From Ophelia neglecta (Eukaryota): a stretch of 64,000 nucleotides of DNA. The DNA lies in NCBI GenBank assembly GCA_965285935.1, contig OZ260665.1, positions 48,980,001 through 49,044,000 on the forward strand. Direction: 5' to 3'. This document shows, one piece after another, positions 40,323 to 55,500 of the stretch (positions are counted from its first letter, which is position 1; each line of letters opens with the position of its first letter). The notes under the pieces are model-generated. The model was not told the DNA's origin and searched no databases. It saw nothing but the letters and a program-made list of their open reading frames with translations. The translations under genes and the position numbers were made by a program.

Positions 40323-43300
40323 AAGGTGTATGGCATAAAATTCCTGGTCAGGCTTTTATCACAGTCACTGCTTTCAAGTGTGACAATAGTGGCAAAGGGT
40401 AAAAAACTACAACAAAGGCCCTTAAAAGGTACTGTAATGCATCTTGCGTGTTAGGGAAATGTGACACATCCAATCACAACATGTTTCCTTGGCAGGGAAG
40501 TATACTGGACTTGTCTAATGGTTTAATTCATAGCAGCACCCACAGACCAAATCACCAAAAGTGGCCAGAACTCTATCAAAAAAGAGGCACTTTCATTGTC
40601 ACACTTCCGTTTTCATCCCCATACTTCCCCATTTATGGGTGATTTTTATAATGTCACAAAGAGACAAGTGATGCAATTTGTGTGTGATGTCATTATGGCC
40701 ACAAAAAAATCTCTTTACTGTTCTGAAGTACATACAAAAAACTGATTTGGTCTGCATGTGCATTTGCTAACAAGGAGACAATATAAGGAAAAACATCAAT
40801 GATTATTGAACCCCAGAAACCTAAATGGCAACCATTTTTGTCAGTGATCTTGCATGCTTTATGATAATATCACATATGCTGAACCAGATATTTAAATACT
40901 GAGTATAGACATCTCTGACTGTATGTTTAACAATTAATTGTTACAAACAAGGGATCAAGATGTTGACCTTGAATGGATTGATAACCAATACCCAAAACTC
41001 AATCACAGTAATAATCAACACACAAAACATAATGAATGATGGTGGGAATTTGGTTCCTACAATCTGAACTTGTCTTTGGTTTGGGCGAGTTTCATGATGA
41101 CCAAAGGTTAATTGGATTATTTGCAATACATCCTGGTGGTAGAGCATTTAGGGTAAAGTCTGTTTTCTTTTTCTTGGACTCAATTAGCAGGCATATATTT
41201 TGACTCAGAAATCTTATTGATTGCCTGCAAGCCACCTGCATGATGTATTTTTCTCAGAGAATAATATTTGATGATATTTTTACACAGAGAATATTATCTG
41301 ACTACCGTATGTACATTTCTGATTAATCATTTGATCAGTGGCAAACAACAATTAATCATCAATCAAATTAAATAAACATAACAACTCTTCCTGTTATGAC
41401 TGCTATTATCATGTCTTTTGTTCAGTTGGAGACAATAATATACATTTAAATAAAGACTTAAATAAAGAAATTTAACATTCTGTACGCTTTCCAAAGAAAT
41501 CTGCTGTGGCATGGCATGGCTTCCTGTTATCGACAAACAAAGCTCTATGCAATGCCATGTGGTTCTTTGGGTGTGTTCAGGGAGATGTTTCTATTAGACT
41601 GGTGGCCAGGAATACTACATACATGAAAGGGACATAATCTGCACAAATCATATACATCAACATTACTTCAGATCGTAGATGAAGACTTTAAAAAAAGTGT
41701 ACATATTTTCACTAACTAGGTAGGCACAACCACAAAAGCTTAAAGCAAATCCCAAGGGATATCCTAGTGAGATCTCTATGCAAATTTAATGCAGTGTCAG
41801 CATTATCTAAAATTGCAGCTTGCACGATCATTATATGCCATGCTAAATTAGGCAAATTCCCATTGCAAATCCCATTGTTTTGATTAGGGTGATACCACAT
41901 TGCAATTCTAATGGGTGATCAATAAAAAATCCTTGTAGAAAAAAATCTGAAAATAAGGCACATTTATCATCTATTTTGAAAGCTCAATAATTCTTATAAT
42001 GCTAAGAGACAATTCTGGAGATTCATCTCAGTTCCTGTTCTAAACTGGTTCCCAATACTTGGCTTGTTACAACGATGTCCAAATAGCAAATCTCCTCCTA
42101 ATGGGTTTCTTCTTATACCCCTGTGGCTAGGAAGATGGTAAAAGCATAGAGCATTGTGCAATTTCAGCATCATAGATGTGCAGTGTGCTCACTGTCTAGG
42201 CACTTTACAAAGGGTGTCTTTCCCTGCAGGTTCAAGCCGGAGATAAGCTTTCACCACGGAAGAATGCTGGAACCACAAAAGACACTGGCTTCCTGAAATG
42301 CTCATGATTTATTTCCTTGTAATTTAGTTTCACCACACAAACATGCCGAAGAAGACTAAAAAGGACATGAAGAAACAGCTTATTGTGTTTAGGCATGCAA
42401 AGCAGACCAACAAGCAATTTTTCCAAATTTGCTTTCCTAAATGAGTTATACTATGTTGCCAAATATCTCATATGATCTTGGGACTTCTGGCACAAGAAGA
42501 ATTTGTCAAAACCCGGGTCAATAACAATGTAGCCCAGATTGAGCTATCTCAAAGCCACTGGACAGTCAACAGCCAGATGACCTTCTAAGCATTCCTCCAA
42601 TATGGGAGGAGCATATTTAATCAGCTAGGCCCAAGTTTTGAAGATGATCTTTTACCACAGTGTTGCTGTTTACAACATTTAAGCATCAAAAGTTGTTACT
42701 AATATCACAAAATTATTGTCAACACTGTATATATTTTAGCTTATGAAAGAAACAGTACAGGAAGTGACAGAAAATTTGCTGCTAATGTGGAAATAGAAGA
42801 ATCTCAGGTGAGCGTTTGCAGAGAAGCAGCTTCCTTTTAAGCAAAGGAGAATGAAGAAAATTATTACTTTTTATACAGCCCTTTATTATCAATAAAACAA
42901 TGTAGGGAGCATTAGGTCAGTTTGGATGGAGCACATAAGAACAGTCAGAGAAAATATGGAAATATATGTACCTCAATAGAGACACTTTAGGGTGTAAAGA
43001 ACAACCATTCTTAGTAAATATGCTGCACTGATGAAAATGAAACAGAAGGGGAAATTAACATGATTAAAGACAAGGCATAATCACACATTTTGGTAAAATG
43101 CTTCCCAATGCACAAACATATAAATCATATTCTGATGTTACACAATTAATTTGAACAACAGATAGATATGTCACGCTAAAATATTTATATTCACAGGACA
43201 AAGCATGATATGGAAAAAAAATGGCAAAAAAATTGCATGCAAAGCCTCAAGTATAATAAGACCCTGACATCCAACAACTTGTCTTAAGGGAACCACATTA

Positions 43301-46300
43301 TTCCTTACCGGAAGCCAGTGGGCATCAAATGTGATCATTGAAAGATGTTTAATGCCCACAATAATCCAATTTGGTCCCATATATCACCAAATAAGTGTGA
43401 TTTAACTCATTAATTCATTAGTTTCCAGATTGAGATCTACCATTGCCAGCTGTATTTCTAACATCACCCGAGTAGCCTTTAAGTCGTTATCCTTGTGCAG
43501 GAAACAACAAATCACAAGTCACATTGTACAATGGAAGATATGGTCAGATTTCTGCTTCTGGGAAGAGAGTGGCTTGACTTGTCAGAGCCTATTACATGTA
43601 AACGAAAAAGGCTCTGGTCATTTCTCTGAATTTTTTGTTGTTTTGCAACAAAATCTGATGTTGGTTTTCTTCGCTTTATTAATCAGATGCTTTCAACATA
43701 AAGTTTATATTTCTAAAAAATAACTAAAATACATGTGTGGTATAAAAATTGCTAAATTATGTCCCAACTGATTACAAGAGTGTACAAGTTTTGTCTGCTA
43801 AATTAAAGGCTTTCACAATTCAAATGTGACAGCCCTATATTTTTCATTTTTTTCTCTCTAAGCTCTATGCTTCATACCTCAGCTCTTCTGGTTAAGTTTT
43901 ACCTGTTCACTGTGCACTGCCTAATTTATTTGAGATACAACCATTATGACACCATATTATCATACCATCTGTATATGGCCTTGTCCCAATTTGAACTATA
44001 TCAGAAAATCGCATCTCGAAAGCATGGGAACATCGCAACAACCTGTCTTTAAGTGGTGATAACTTGGCAGTAACTACGTCATAAAACCTGAAAACCCGTC
44101 CCCTACAAAAGGTAGGTGATTAGTCAGCAAGGCAATTCTGGGTATTAGTTCTGCTTGGACCACTGACACATTGTACCCTATGGCCAAATAACTTCTCTCT
44201 TGACTAAGTCATCCAGTACACGATATCCATGTCACTTGTCTTTGCACACAAATGTTCAGACTGTTCACATAATTCTCAAAGGTACCTATAATTATGAGTG
44301 TGCTTGCCAAACAAGTGCAGGTGCCATGCTTACAATGTCATACTAAAACTATGTCAGTCCCAGTATTTTGTGAAAGCAATGACATTTTTAGTCATTTTCT
44401 TCTTTCAAACAGTGACCAGTAATTTCCTGTGTAAACATGTATATTAATATTAACATGGCCCACTTTACCTCAAAACTGAAACTGATAAATTTAGGCCATT
44501 CTAAACCTCACACTTTGTTTAAATGAAGGCCCAGAAAAAAACATTGCAGTTGGAAAAAAAACAAATATCAAGCACACTTTAATCTGTATAAACATAGAGC
44601 AATAGCTTTGGGAAAAAAAGCCTAAGATACTAAGTAGTGTGGTATGACCATTTTGTGTCCATAAGGAGGGATCTGATTATTACTGTCTCACGCCTCATTT
44701 TACTAAAAAACATGTTAAATGACAAATTACTGACAAATTTCTGACAAATTACAGATAACTAATGAATTAATGCTTCTGTGAAAATAAAAACTTTAATTTT
44801 AGTATGATCACAAAACAACCTTTGATCTTTGCTGACTTTTCTTTGTCAAGTTTATTGTTTGTTAGAACATAACCCACCCTGCTGTCTGCATCAAAGCACT
44901 GTCAGGAATATATTACATCATTTTATCTAGTTATGGAAAAGTTAAACTGACAAGGAGATGTTTTTTGTATTCTTTATGACAGGTTCAACTAGATAAATCC
45001 CATGAAACATCTTTCCACAGTGACACAAATAACATACATATACATATAGCAAGTTTACAAAGAGTCAGATGGGGATTTAATAATATGTTAGAAATTCACT
45101 CTCTTAATCTGTTTTTGCATATCTGGAAGATATTAAATTGTTACAGTATATATTTATCCTACACCATATGTAATGTGGACTGTATAACAATTTAGAATTC
45201 ACAAGTATTCATGTTTGTCAATTCACTGCGTAAAAAAAGTGTGAGTTGTATTATTGTTTTAGAAGGAGTAGCCACAATTTTTTTTATGGGTGGATGGAAA
45301 GGGCAATAGTCATTGCAAACATTTGAAGAATGGAGCATAATCTGATTTTGCAATCTTTAATCAGCTGAGCTAAGGATGGGGACAATGATTCAACCAGCAA
45401 TCCACTATGCAAACAATTTCCTGACCAGTGTATTTGTAATTTGATCACTTGACTATTTCTTTATTTTTTGTCATATTTGGTAGGCATGAACAAAAATAAG
45501 AAGATGTAGCCCTTAGTAGTTAACTGTGTCTTTTAATACTGATGGTAGGTTATTAGGCAAAAATACAGATATAGCAAAGCATTTAAGAGTTTAAATGAAA
45601 ACATCAGTCAAAGTAATAACAAGGGTGTTTTCTAATGGAGACTTTTGGTAGATATTTTATTTCCCCAAATTTTATTGTAAAACATATCTATAGCTCCAAA
45701 AGGTCAAGAAGTGTCCAAATCAACCCAATTTGTTTCCATTTGAAATGGATATAAATGGCTAGAAAATGATTACAGTAGGTTAGTTTTTTTTTAAGTAGGT
45801 CAAGGTCAAAACGGACATAAGTGCTGAAATCAGAGTGAATCATTAAACCAACTTAACAAATAAAGAAGATATAGATCTACATGTAAGTTGATGTGGTAGG
45901 TCTGAATAACACATTTTTTTTGTTAAGCACTTCATTATCAGCTAAATATATACCTATTTTCTTTAAATTTTAATCTGCTCATACTAATGCTAAAAAACAC
46001 TTCCTCCCTGTCAAATGGGCAACAATTTTTGCACAAACCGGGAGACAACTTTAGTTCACCTAAGTAGCACGGGTAGCAGGGTGGTTATACCTGCATGTAT
46101 ACCAAACAAATGCCTTATGCATACAATGCATAATCGACATACATGTATGTGTGAAATTTATTTGCCATGAAATTACTGCTTGTACTGTTGACACTCAGTG
46201 GTGGTGATTGCAGAGGTCAAACCCCCAATTTTAATTCAGACAAATGAGAGAGAAGAAATTGGGGGAAGGGGCAAAATAAGATTATCAAATTTATCTATGA

Positions 46301-46395
46301 ACTGATAAAAATTGACAATAACTTATAAATAAATATAAAACTGACAAATTAGTTTCTACTGTTTAGGTTATGACCATTTTTTCATATTATCTTAC

Positions 46396-46500
46396 CTTGG
46401 GGTCTCGTTTTAACATTACATGGTGATGGCGGGAAGGATTTGTTGACCTTTTTGTTACTCGGTGATGCTCAAACAGGAAGAAATTGTCCAAGCTACCAAT
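46396..46500 (-). CDS. Furin-2/PCSK5-like convertase, coding exon 2 (prodomain)
   Basis: Reads ttttcttcag|IGSLDNFFLFEHHRVTKRSTNPSRHHHVMLKRDPK|gtaaga (105 nt, phase 0/0). Matches furin IFGDYYHFWHRGVTKRS...LQREPQ and PCSK5 IGALKDYYHFYH...KRS...EPK. Confidence 0.95.
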
Positions 46501-49500
46501 CTGAAGAAAAAAGAAATGTTACAATTATACCAATCTGCCAAAATAACTATGCTAGTAGAAATTTTAGAAACAATTTCAATTGCATGACTTTTTTGACTGA
46601 TTTAATGGACAACTTATCAAGGAATGGAATATAAATGAGCAGGAACTATGTATGTACATATGTGTAGGTTTTTGGCATATGACCACAGTTTTGTATTGAA
46701 AGACCAGCACCCACATATTTCCTCTCACAAGTTGTGTGCCAAAAGCCAAAAGTATGTACTTGATATGGCTACAGTACGGCAACATTAACATGTACTTGAA
46801 AGAACGGATAATAGTCATATTTCACCACATCAAATACAATGTACTAAGTGTACACAGAGTACATATAAAGACAGTCAGCAGCAAAAAATACATAACTAAT
46901 GTGAATTATAGGGCATATCATGAAAGAGAAGTATGTGTATGCAACAGAATTAATATTAGATCTACATGACATGGTAGTGTTTGGATTAGTAAGAATGACA
47001 TCAACAAAATACATGTATATGAACATTTTCAGGATGCCTGGTTTGAAAAAAATTATGCCTTGCAGCAAAATCAACCAAACAATTTAAAACCACCAGAATG
47101 TTTGGCAGAGCGGCAAATAAATGACAAACAATATCTGTTTAGCCACTTGACTTGTGTCCAACATTGTTGACTTCCCCATCACATCTCTTGATATGTAAAT
47201 TACATAATGGGCTGGTATTAATTATCAGCAGATCATGAACCATAACCAAGTCAATTGGTACGATATCATAAATTTCCCTTTTTGTTGTAACATGGTGAGG
47301 TAATAGCTGATTTGTTTTCCAAGTGCCTCTCACTAGCACTGTGTACTTTGTGGCGGTTCTAAAAATTTGGAGTTGAATACATTAATGAGTTAACAACAAG
47401 TCTTACGATGAATGTCATTATTTTATAATAAAAAGTCACTTTCTATAACTGCTTTGGATAAGAATGAATATGATGAAGAGATTAAATGAAATATAATGTT
47501 ATATCATCATATAGATAGGTATGTAATGTAACTGTTAAGCTTTTTAGCATGTACGAGTACAAGTACACCAAATTATTGCTGCCTCAAAATTCATGATTAT
47601 TAAGCAAAAGCTGCCTCAAATCAATTATTATTAAGTGTGTTTATCATCTTTCTTCATTTACAGTTTACTTCAGTTTTGGGCAATCAGATGAAAAGAAATC
47701 TCACTGTGGATGAAAGAGACAGCAGCCATGGTCAATAATATTGACATCAAACATTGAAAATATTTTACCTATTTGTTGCTTAATGGTATGGCCCTTAAAT
47801 TCTCAAAAGCATAAAAAAATTTAATTCAATTTGTTTACTTGCCAAGGCATATAAATTGATAAACAAAAACAGTAAACTGGCAAAAGTACAGTTTTCTACA
47901 GTATATGCACGACACAGTTGAAAGTAGTTTAAATAGTGAATGCAATAGCAATTGAGCTTATAAAATGACTAGTTTTTCATTTTATCGGAAAATAACGCAT
48001 GCATACAAAGTCACTGTAGCATTTATGGCGATACTTCTTTGCACAAGATAATTCTCTGATCTTACATTTAAGCTTAAAAAACTTGACAGCATAGCACTAT
48101 ATTCATCTAAACTGAGTAAAGGATGGTAAGATGTCAATTTTTTTGCCATCTGATATCAGTAAGTGTTAGCAATCAGGATTTGTAAGTGTCTAGTCCAGAT
48201 AGTGTGCAGCAAACATCTGCATTTAACATCTGCTCTAGGTATATTCCACTATATTGTTTTACTGCTAACCATGATAAATAAAGCCATGAGAAGACAGCAG
48301 TTACATCAGGGTATATTTCAGCATTTTCTACATCCCAGATATTAGCAATATATACACACATCTGCATGTACATATGTATATCAGATGATTAACACATAGC
48401 TGTCCTGAGGTTGTGCAACACATTGGATCCAATATGAGCCCATTGTAAAAATATTTATATATTGATCAAGTACTTGAACCATGTGTACTGGTATCTTATA
48501 TAAAATATGACTGTTTGGTAATGTTAGTCAACAGCGCACTTTCCATGAGAGCATCTCTTAAATTATATGTAAAAATACCATTCCTATCTATAACTTCATG
48601 TCACATGACTAAGGAAGGAAAGTCATTTAATTCACAAGTCTATGGTATATGGCAGAGTTCAAAGCATTTCTGTTTCTTTTTTATTAGATCTTACACACTG
48701 CTTTTTGTCTTAAAACAATTATTCAAATATGGAAAATTCTTAGGAGGAAAAAAGAATTCCACTAGTATTGAAGGAAGAATTGCTCCTCCTGTAACAACTC
48801 TCAATATTCAGGGGCTAGTTCTGGACATTGGTCATTTCAAACTGCCAATTGTTGACCTTCCCAAATTTGATGCGTTTTACATCAATATCACTTTAGTCAA
48901 TGTTGTCCTTGTCAACATTGGAAAAGGGTTTTTGCAATGCATATAAATGTCTGTCTTTTGAGATCAGTAAAGTGAATGTATGAATATACAGGATATATGT
49001 GCTTGTACTCATCTGATTAATCAGTATGCCACTAACATAGGAAACTTGAAAGCCTAGAGGGACCAGTTACTTATCTGCAAAGAATGGATGGGATCACAGT
49101 AATCTCCGAGGCACCAAGGGTGTCCCCATAAGAAATACCTCCAGACAATTCACACACCTGCCCCTACTATGTGAGAATACATGTATATTAGAAATACAAT
49201 TTTGAAACTGTATCTAACTTCAAGAAAGTTTTATGATATTGATTAACAATGCACTTATTGAAATTGTAGACATACCGGTACCGGTAGCATATTAAAATGT
49301 CAGTTGAATATTTATCTAGCTCTAGCATCTAGCTGCTATAGAAGCTTTGAAATATTTTATATGATCCACATTTATAAAACAAAGCAAAAGTACAGAAATA
49401 TGAGCACAAGTGATTCTGATAAAGTCAAAGTCTTAAAATTATTTTCTGTTTTGCATGGATGATTAATTTTACTTTTCAAACTGTTATTGGCTTTTACTTC

Positions 49501-52500
49501 ATGAAAGCAAAATGGAGCTATATTGGCCTGACTGCTTCAGGCAGACAGCTCCACTTCCAGATGAAGGCAATATAATATCCCCAGATGAAGGCCAATATAT
49601 GAGTTTATGTTGCCTCCAGTCAAAGCAAATAGCCATTTTTAATTTATACGTAGTTGAAAACCCTGACACAGTAATTAATCAAGGAATGAGAAATTAAGTT
49701 TGTACTATAATTCTTAAGTAATCTTGTTTCGTGCACAACATGCAAGGATAAAGGCTACTTACAAGTCGAACTAAATGGTTCACAAAGTTACCTGACTTTA
49801 ACTGACATTATAAAAAACCCAAGCAAGCTCATTCCTCACACATGTTTAAGGAAACATAATTTTAAACCTCAGTGCTTTTTATCCCCAAAATATATACTAA
49901 CCTTCGGGTTGCTGGTCTGAATTTATTTTATGCATTATGGTGAAGCTGTTCACAGACTAATGGAACTTAAATAAAAAAATTCTGGCCTGGTGATGAGTTA
50001 CATCACAGTGTGATGGCTTGTTATGTTTAACTGTGGTTATGGTAACACATCAACATCTAGCAACCAAATGGCACAGTGTGCTCCAACTGCAAAGGTTGGA
50101 CACTCGTTTAGCACTTTTTTTTTGGCAATTTAGATAAACAACCTGGAACAGGATAGAGAACTAAAGAATAAAGAAACAAAGAGATGTTTGCTTCCATCAA
50201 AATTTCAACTGAATGTGTCATGGTTCATAAAATCAGCCATTGCACAGCAGTAGATGGCAGAAAAATTTCACTGGAAACATTTCACAAAGTTTCCAAAAAA
50301 GAAATAAGATTAACAATGTACCAACTTATATTTTTTGGGGTATGTAACCCTAAATGTTATTTGTTTTGCCTTATTTTGTGGTCTCACTTGAACAAGCTGT
50401 TAAACAAAACACCTTACTATACACCATAGCATTACATCATAAACATGTCTGGCTTGAGATAACAGATACTTATAATCACTTTACTGGGTCTTGAGAAGGA
50501 TTTATTAACACAGGTCATGAGTTGAACCGGTTAATTAATAATCTAGCTCATTTTTATTCCACACAGTCCCCTGATATGATTACACTGCTGGGATATGAAT
50601 AGCACAGCTCTCTGCAATAAAATTGTCTACTCTGTTCTATAAAAACTTCCGGTTATCAAATATTTTGCCAATTGACTCATCATTATAAAAGTCAAATGTG
50701 AGGCAAAACAAATTGCCATCCCTGTAATGATCATTTGTATGGTTTTTCAATTTTAGAATTATCCACATTTTTAGAGCAAAAGTATTATTAAAGATATGGG
50801 TGAAATTAACAAGGCTCAGGGTTCATCTGCTTCAGTAATTGCTGAGTGTATAAATTTATTCGATGTACTTGTATGTGTAAATAGGTACACTCTGGTTCAC
50901 CAACATGTCCTAAACATTTAATGATTAGATGATGGATGTGTTCCTGATAGTCTAGTGATTGATGCCCTGGATTGAAGTGATGATATTTTAATCAGGATAA
51001 TCTAAATCCTGGCCACTTGTGATGATATGATTGTAAGAGATATCCAACATCAGCCTGGAAGAGAGTGGCGCAAAGAAACAGTCATGATATTAAAATTTAA
51101 CTTTATAGGATGATGGGCAGCTATCGAATTACCTCTGATTTGACCTGAAACTGGGAATACACAGTAAATGTACTACATGGGAATGATACCCAGTAAATAG
51201 TATGCCTGTACATACACATACACAAATAGCAGTATGCCATTTCAGGGACTATTTAGCCAATTGCAGTATAATTTACACACACTGTCCCATGATCACAGCT
51301 CTCTTTAAATTTGATTAATCTATCCAGTTTAATGGACAATTTGAGAATTTAATGGATTGGTTTAAGTACATCTCAAAAGTGAAGTTTGGAAGTTAAATGA
51401 GAATCGTGGTGGGATGTGACTTGGTTTGGTGATGTGACCCTCACATAACAATTAAGGTGTCTGCTTGACGATTCTGGAGTATATCATGCAGGGTGGATTT
51501 CTGCAGTAACACTGGTGGGTGCTAGGTGAAATGTGTCTGGACAGTGCCAAGTTTGCTTCTCACATAGAAATCATGGTAGAGTAATGACCAACAGACAAAC
51601 GGACAAACTGACAAAGACATCTCATGTCGTAAACCCAGTTTGTGAAGGACACAAATAGAAACCCCACAAATAAATCATAAGACTGCAAACACCAACCATT
51701 TGGATAACTATGTAAAGCAATTTGAAGAATTTGTACTTTGATAGGCTTATTATCTAAGTAAAGAATGTGCAGTTGTCCAACAAAATCACACAACGAAAAC
51801 ACAGTATCTATTGCCCGGCAGAGGCAGTTGGTGCATAGGTTTTTGGCCATCTAGCATTGCTAGCACTGCTAGAAAACACCCAGCCAAATATCTGACACTA
51901 GCTACAACCTCAACATGTCTTGTGGTCACTTTTTGCTGATCTATCTCTCATTTACAATATACTTTTACCTTTTGGGCTGCTGTCCAATGATTGCAATATC
52001 TCAAAATGTTGTAAGGCACTATCCACACCCAGTGTCTGGTACAAATCATCCCTGCCCTGCTCTTCCAAATTCAAAATACATTCTACATGTTATATGTTTA
52101 TGCAGAGTACCTGTCAATAAATGCATTTTAACAGAATCATGAAACTTTTAAAGGGGTTTAATGCAATGTTGATTTGCTAAGCTTTAACAGTGCATTTGGC
52201 ATTATTTGGTGTTTTGTGTTTTCTTTGAATTTTCTAGACCAACAACTTATAAATGTGTATACAGAGTTTAATTAAGGGACACCACATTATATTTGTCAGC
52301 GTAGACCAAACTAACCACATGTACTACCAGTACTAAATGCCTGGTCAAGTTTTAAAATGTTCCCAGCATTAACATAGGCCCTTTGCCATAATGCTGATTT
52401 TATTTGTGTAATATTCTCCTCATTCTCAATATTGATCTTTAGTAAACCATACATGAATACATATTGTACATATACATCTACTTGTACATTTATGTTACAT

Positions 52501-55500
52501 GTATCCAAATAGTTCACTTCTGCTTTGTAAATCACATTTTATTCTCTGTGACCTTTGCTGCAGCTCATTCGTGTTCAATCCAATACAATATATGACTGGA
52601 TACCTGAGGAAAATCATTCATAAAGGTCTTAACATATTGCTATATATACAATTGGTGGCTATTACTTTTCTTACACACAGAATCAGACTGTCACTATCAA
52701 GTTTCCTGAACTATGTGACCATGAACAAGCAAGTGACAGTGATTGGTCAAATCATGATAAAAATGCTATTACATGCCTTTCACTTTCTTTCAGAGTCGCC
52801 CATTGATCTTTTTTTCTCAACATAAATTGATCTAAATAATAAATTCAGCTGAAGGCTGTATGAAGGAAGAAGTAATTAACACCCTTATATGAATAAATAC
52901 CAGTAACAAATATAAAGTAAAAGCCATGTGTTATATAAGTCATAATGCCATTTTGTTGTCTTCTTATATTTTATTAGAAAAATGACCAAGTTACACCAGG
53001 TCAATAAAACATCAGACCATATGTTCAAATATTTGGCAATAAGTAATAAGTACCAGTAAGTTCATTTATGTCATGTGCAAACTAAATATAGAGGCTTTAC
53101 ATCAACTGCCAGGTTGGCACTTCCATCACCCACAAAAAGCCAACTCCGGGTCAGGTTCAAACATGCACACTCACTTGATAAAAACCTGAACAAATTGCTA
53201 CCTACCTACATTTATTATCAACAAATGGCCTGCTGTTAGTTCTTTCACCAGCACAATAAGCCCATTCATTTATATGCCTGTCCTATAAGGCTAAATATAT
53301 GGCATGCTATAATACACCTTCAAGCAGTTAAAGATAAACATCTGACTAAGAGACAGAAAGAGTTTGAAATTATACACAGTTCATGTCTGTTATTTTTTCG
53401 CTTTGCCTTAGCATACAAATTACCTTGAATATATAATTATGAGCATTGGAGTTGGTTTGGTCCTTTTTTTATAAATAAGTATCTTTGTGTTTTTAAAAAA
53501 TACATTCCTTTTAATAGAGCTGGACCAACGGTTATGCCCTCTAGCAATAATGTGTGCTTATTGTAGTTTAACTGGCAATTGCAAGTTATCAATGTCCTTT
53601 GTACTATTACTACTATTGGAAATTGTAACTAATTTGGTCAAAAAGTAACCAAATCCATGCACCCTATAACATTTGGTACAATTTTTCATTCACAGAATTG
53701 TTATAGCATGATGTTACATAGGTGCTACTGGTATAACTAAAGTGAGATGGACCTGGACTCACTCGACTTAAGACATTTACACAGATAATAACATATTTCT
53801 ATAAAAACTTTGCATCACTCCTCCTATACTTAATCTTGAATACCTGGGTAATTACTTTTTGCCACAATCATAAAAAAATGCCATCACCACAAAGCCATGA
53901 CCCCATAAAACAGCTGATGAAACAATGGCTGTCCATGGCATGAACCACTGGCCTAATGAGATTGCCACCATTTATACCGAGCAAATATTAATTTCCAGAA
54001 TATTTATCACTTTCCAATGGCAAAGAAGGACATGGGTAAATATTACTGGAGGTCGTGAAAGGCCTATCTCCATTTGCGATCCTGTTCAAGATTCCGGTCC
54101 ATGATTGATGTGCAGCTCATTACCTTGGGTCAAAAGCATAAAACCTGGCAATTTCAATCATTTTTCAGGCTGACTCAGCCTCGGCCATTTATTTCATTAA
54201 TAGCTGCTGTGTACCTGACTGACAGCTATGAGACCAAGGTAAGTGAGGAGAGAGGAACAAGTAATAGTGGGGAGCAAGGTTTCCTACTAGGAGCTGTCAG
54301 AGCTAGCAAGCATGCCAGTCAAAAATAAAAGTCATTGTAAGATCTCTCAGTCCACATATGACAGAAATGCTAACTGGCAGTCAGACTATTCTTATTGATA
54401 AGAATACAATAACATAGAAGCTCATCATAAAAATTATCAGATATATTGCCGCAATATGTTATTTTCATCTCCACATGTTCTGCACATCTAGGAATATAAA
54501 TGTCCACTTTCTTCCATTATATGATTTAAAGATAATCACTTGTGTAATTGTACAATAAGGCAGCAGCGTTCCTGTAATAATGTTTTTTTAAACTGTATAT
54601 GTACCGCATTGGGGAACAAATTGCCTGTGGTATCCTCTTAACCCCAAGGTAAGACAATACCGGTACTCTTATTACTATAATATTACCATGCCCTGACTGG
54701 GCCACTTCTTCAATAAATATTCAAAAATCCACATAATATACAGTAGTTTGTGGATGTGCCACATGAGCTTAACACATATAACCTATGTTAAAATTTGGCA
54801 AATGCGAGAGCTGTTTAGTGCACCTCAGCACAAGGGTATGATGTATGAAATCTGACACTCCATATGATATCATGAAGCCATATATAGTATTGGACCCTTC
54901 TCAACACCATGTAGTAGAATTACCAATTCACATATTGTTATTGTCATGGGCACAATAAAAAGTTTTATTAGAACAATAAGCCTATTAGGTTACTTCAAGC
55001 CATGTGTCACTTCTATAAAAACACTTTTTTTTCACAATTATTTATGTGTGAGCCCTGGTTTAGAAATTTAAACGTTATGTACTTTGACCTATGCAAAGTT
55101 TAAACAGTTTTCTATCTTCAAATTTTCCAAATTCCCTCAAACTGTACTATATTATTTTGTATAAAAGTCACAAGCCTGAGACTGTGATTCTTGATTTCTC
55201 TTTCAATTATATATCACGTAATAGGTATTAAGACTAAGATAAACATATATTACATCAGACTAAATCAACTTGCTAGAAACTCCAGTACTTGCTATTTACA
55301 TGGAAGTAGATCAACGTTGATAATCCAAGTATCTAATATCTATGGCAAGTTATAGGTACTGGCTGAAGCCTATGCTAATCTGCTTAATTGATATCCTTCT
55401 TGTACCAACAAGGTCAGCCAACTTCAGTTTTTAAACCAATCCATATTGTTCAATATACAAACTTGGACGGAGAAGGCCACAACTGACAAAGCCAATGAAC

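Noticed and set aside
43290-43360. HWLPV motif on the minus strand resembling the L2/CR1 ORF2 C-terminus
   Set aside because: Only a 5-residue match, and the flanks do not continue the consensus.
14293-48946. Other 100-150 aa ORFs (for example 14293, 21122, 28447, 48515)
   Set aside because: Mostly non-ATG starts, intronic-like composition, no motifs and no splice support.
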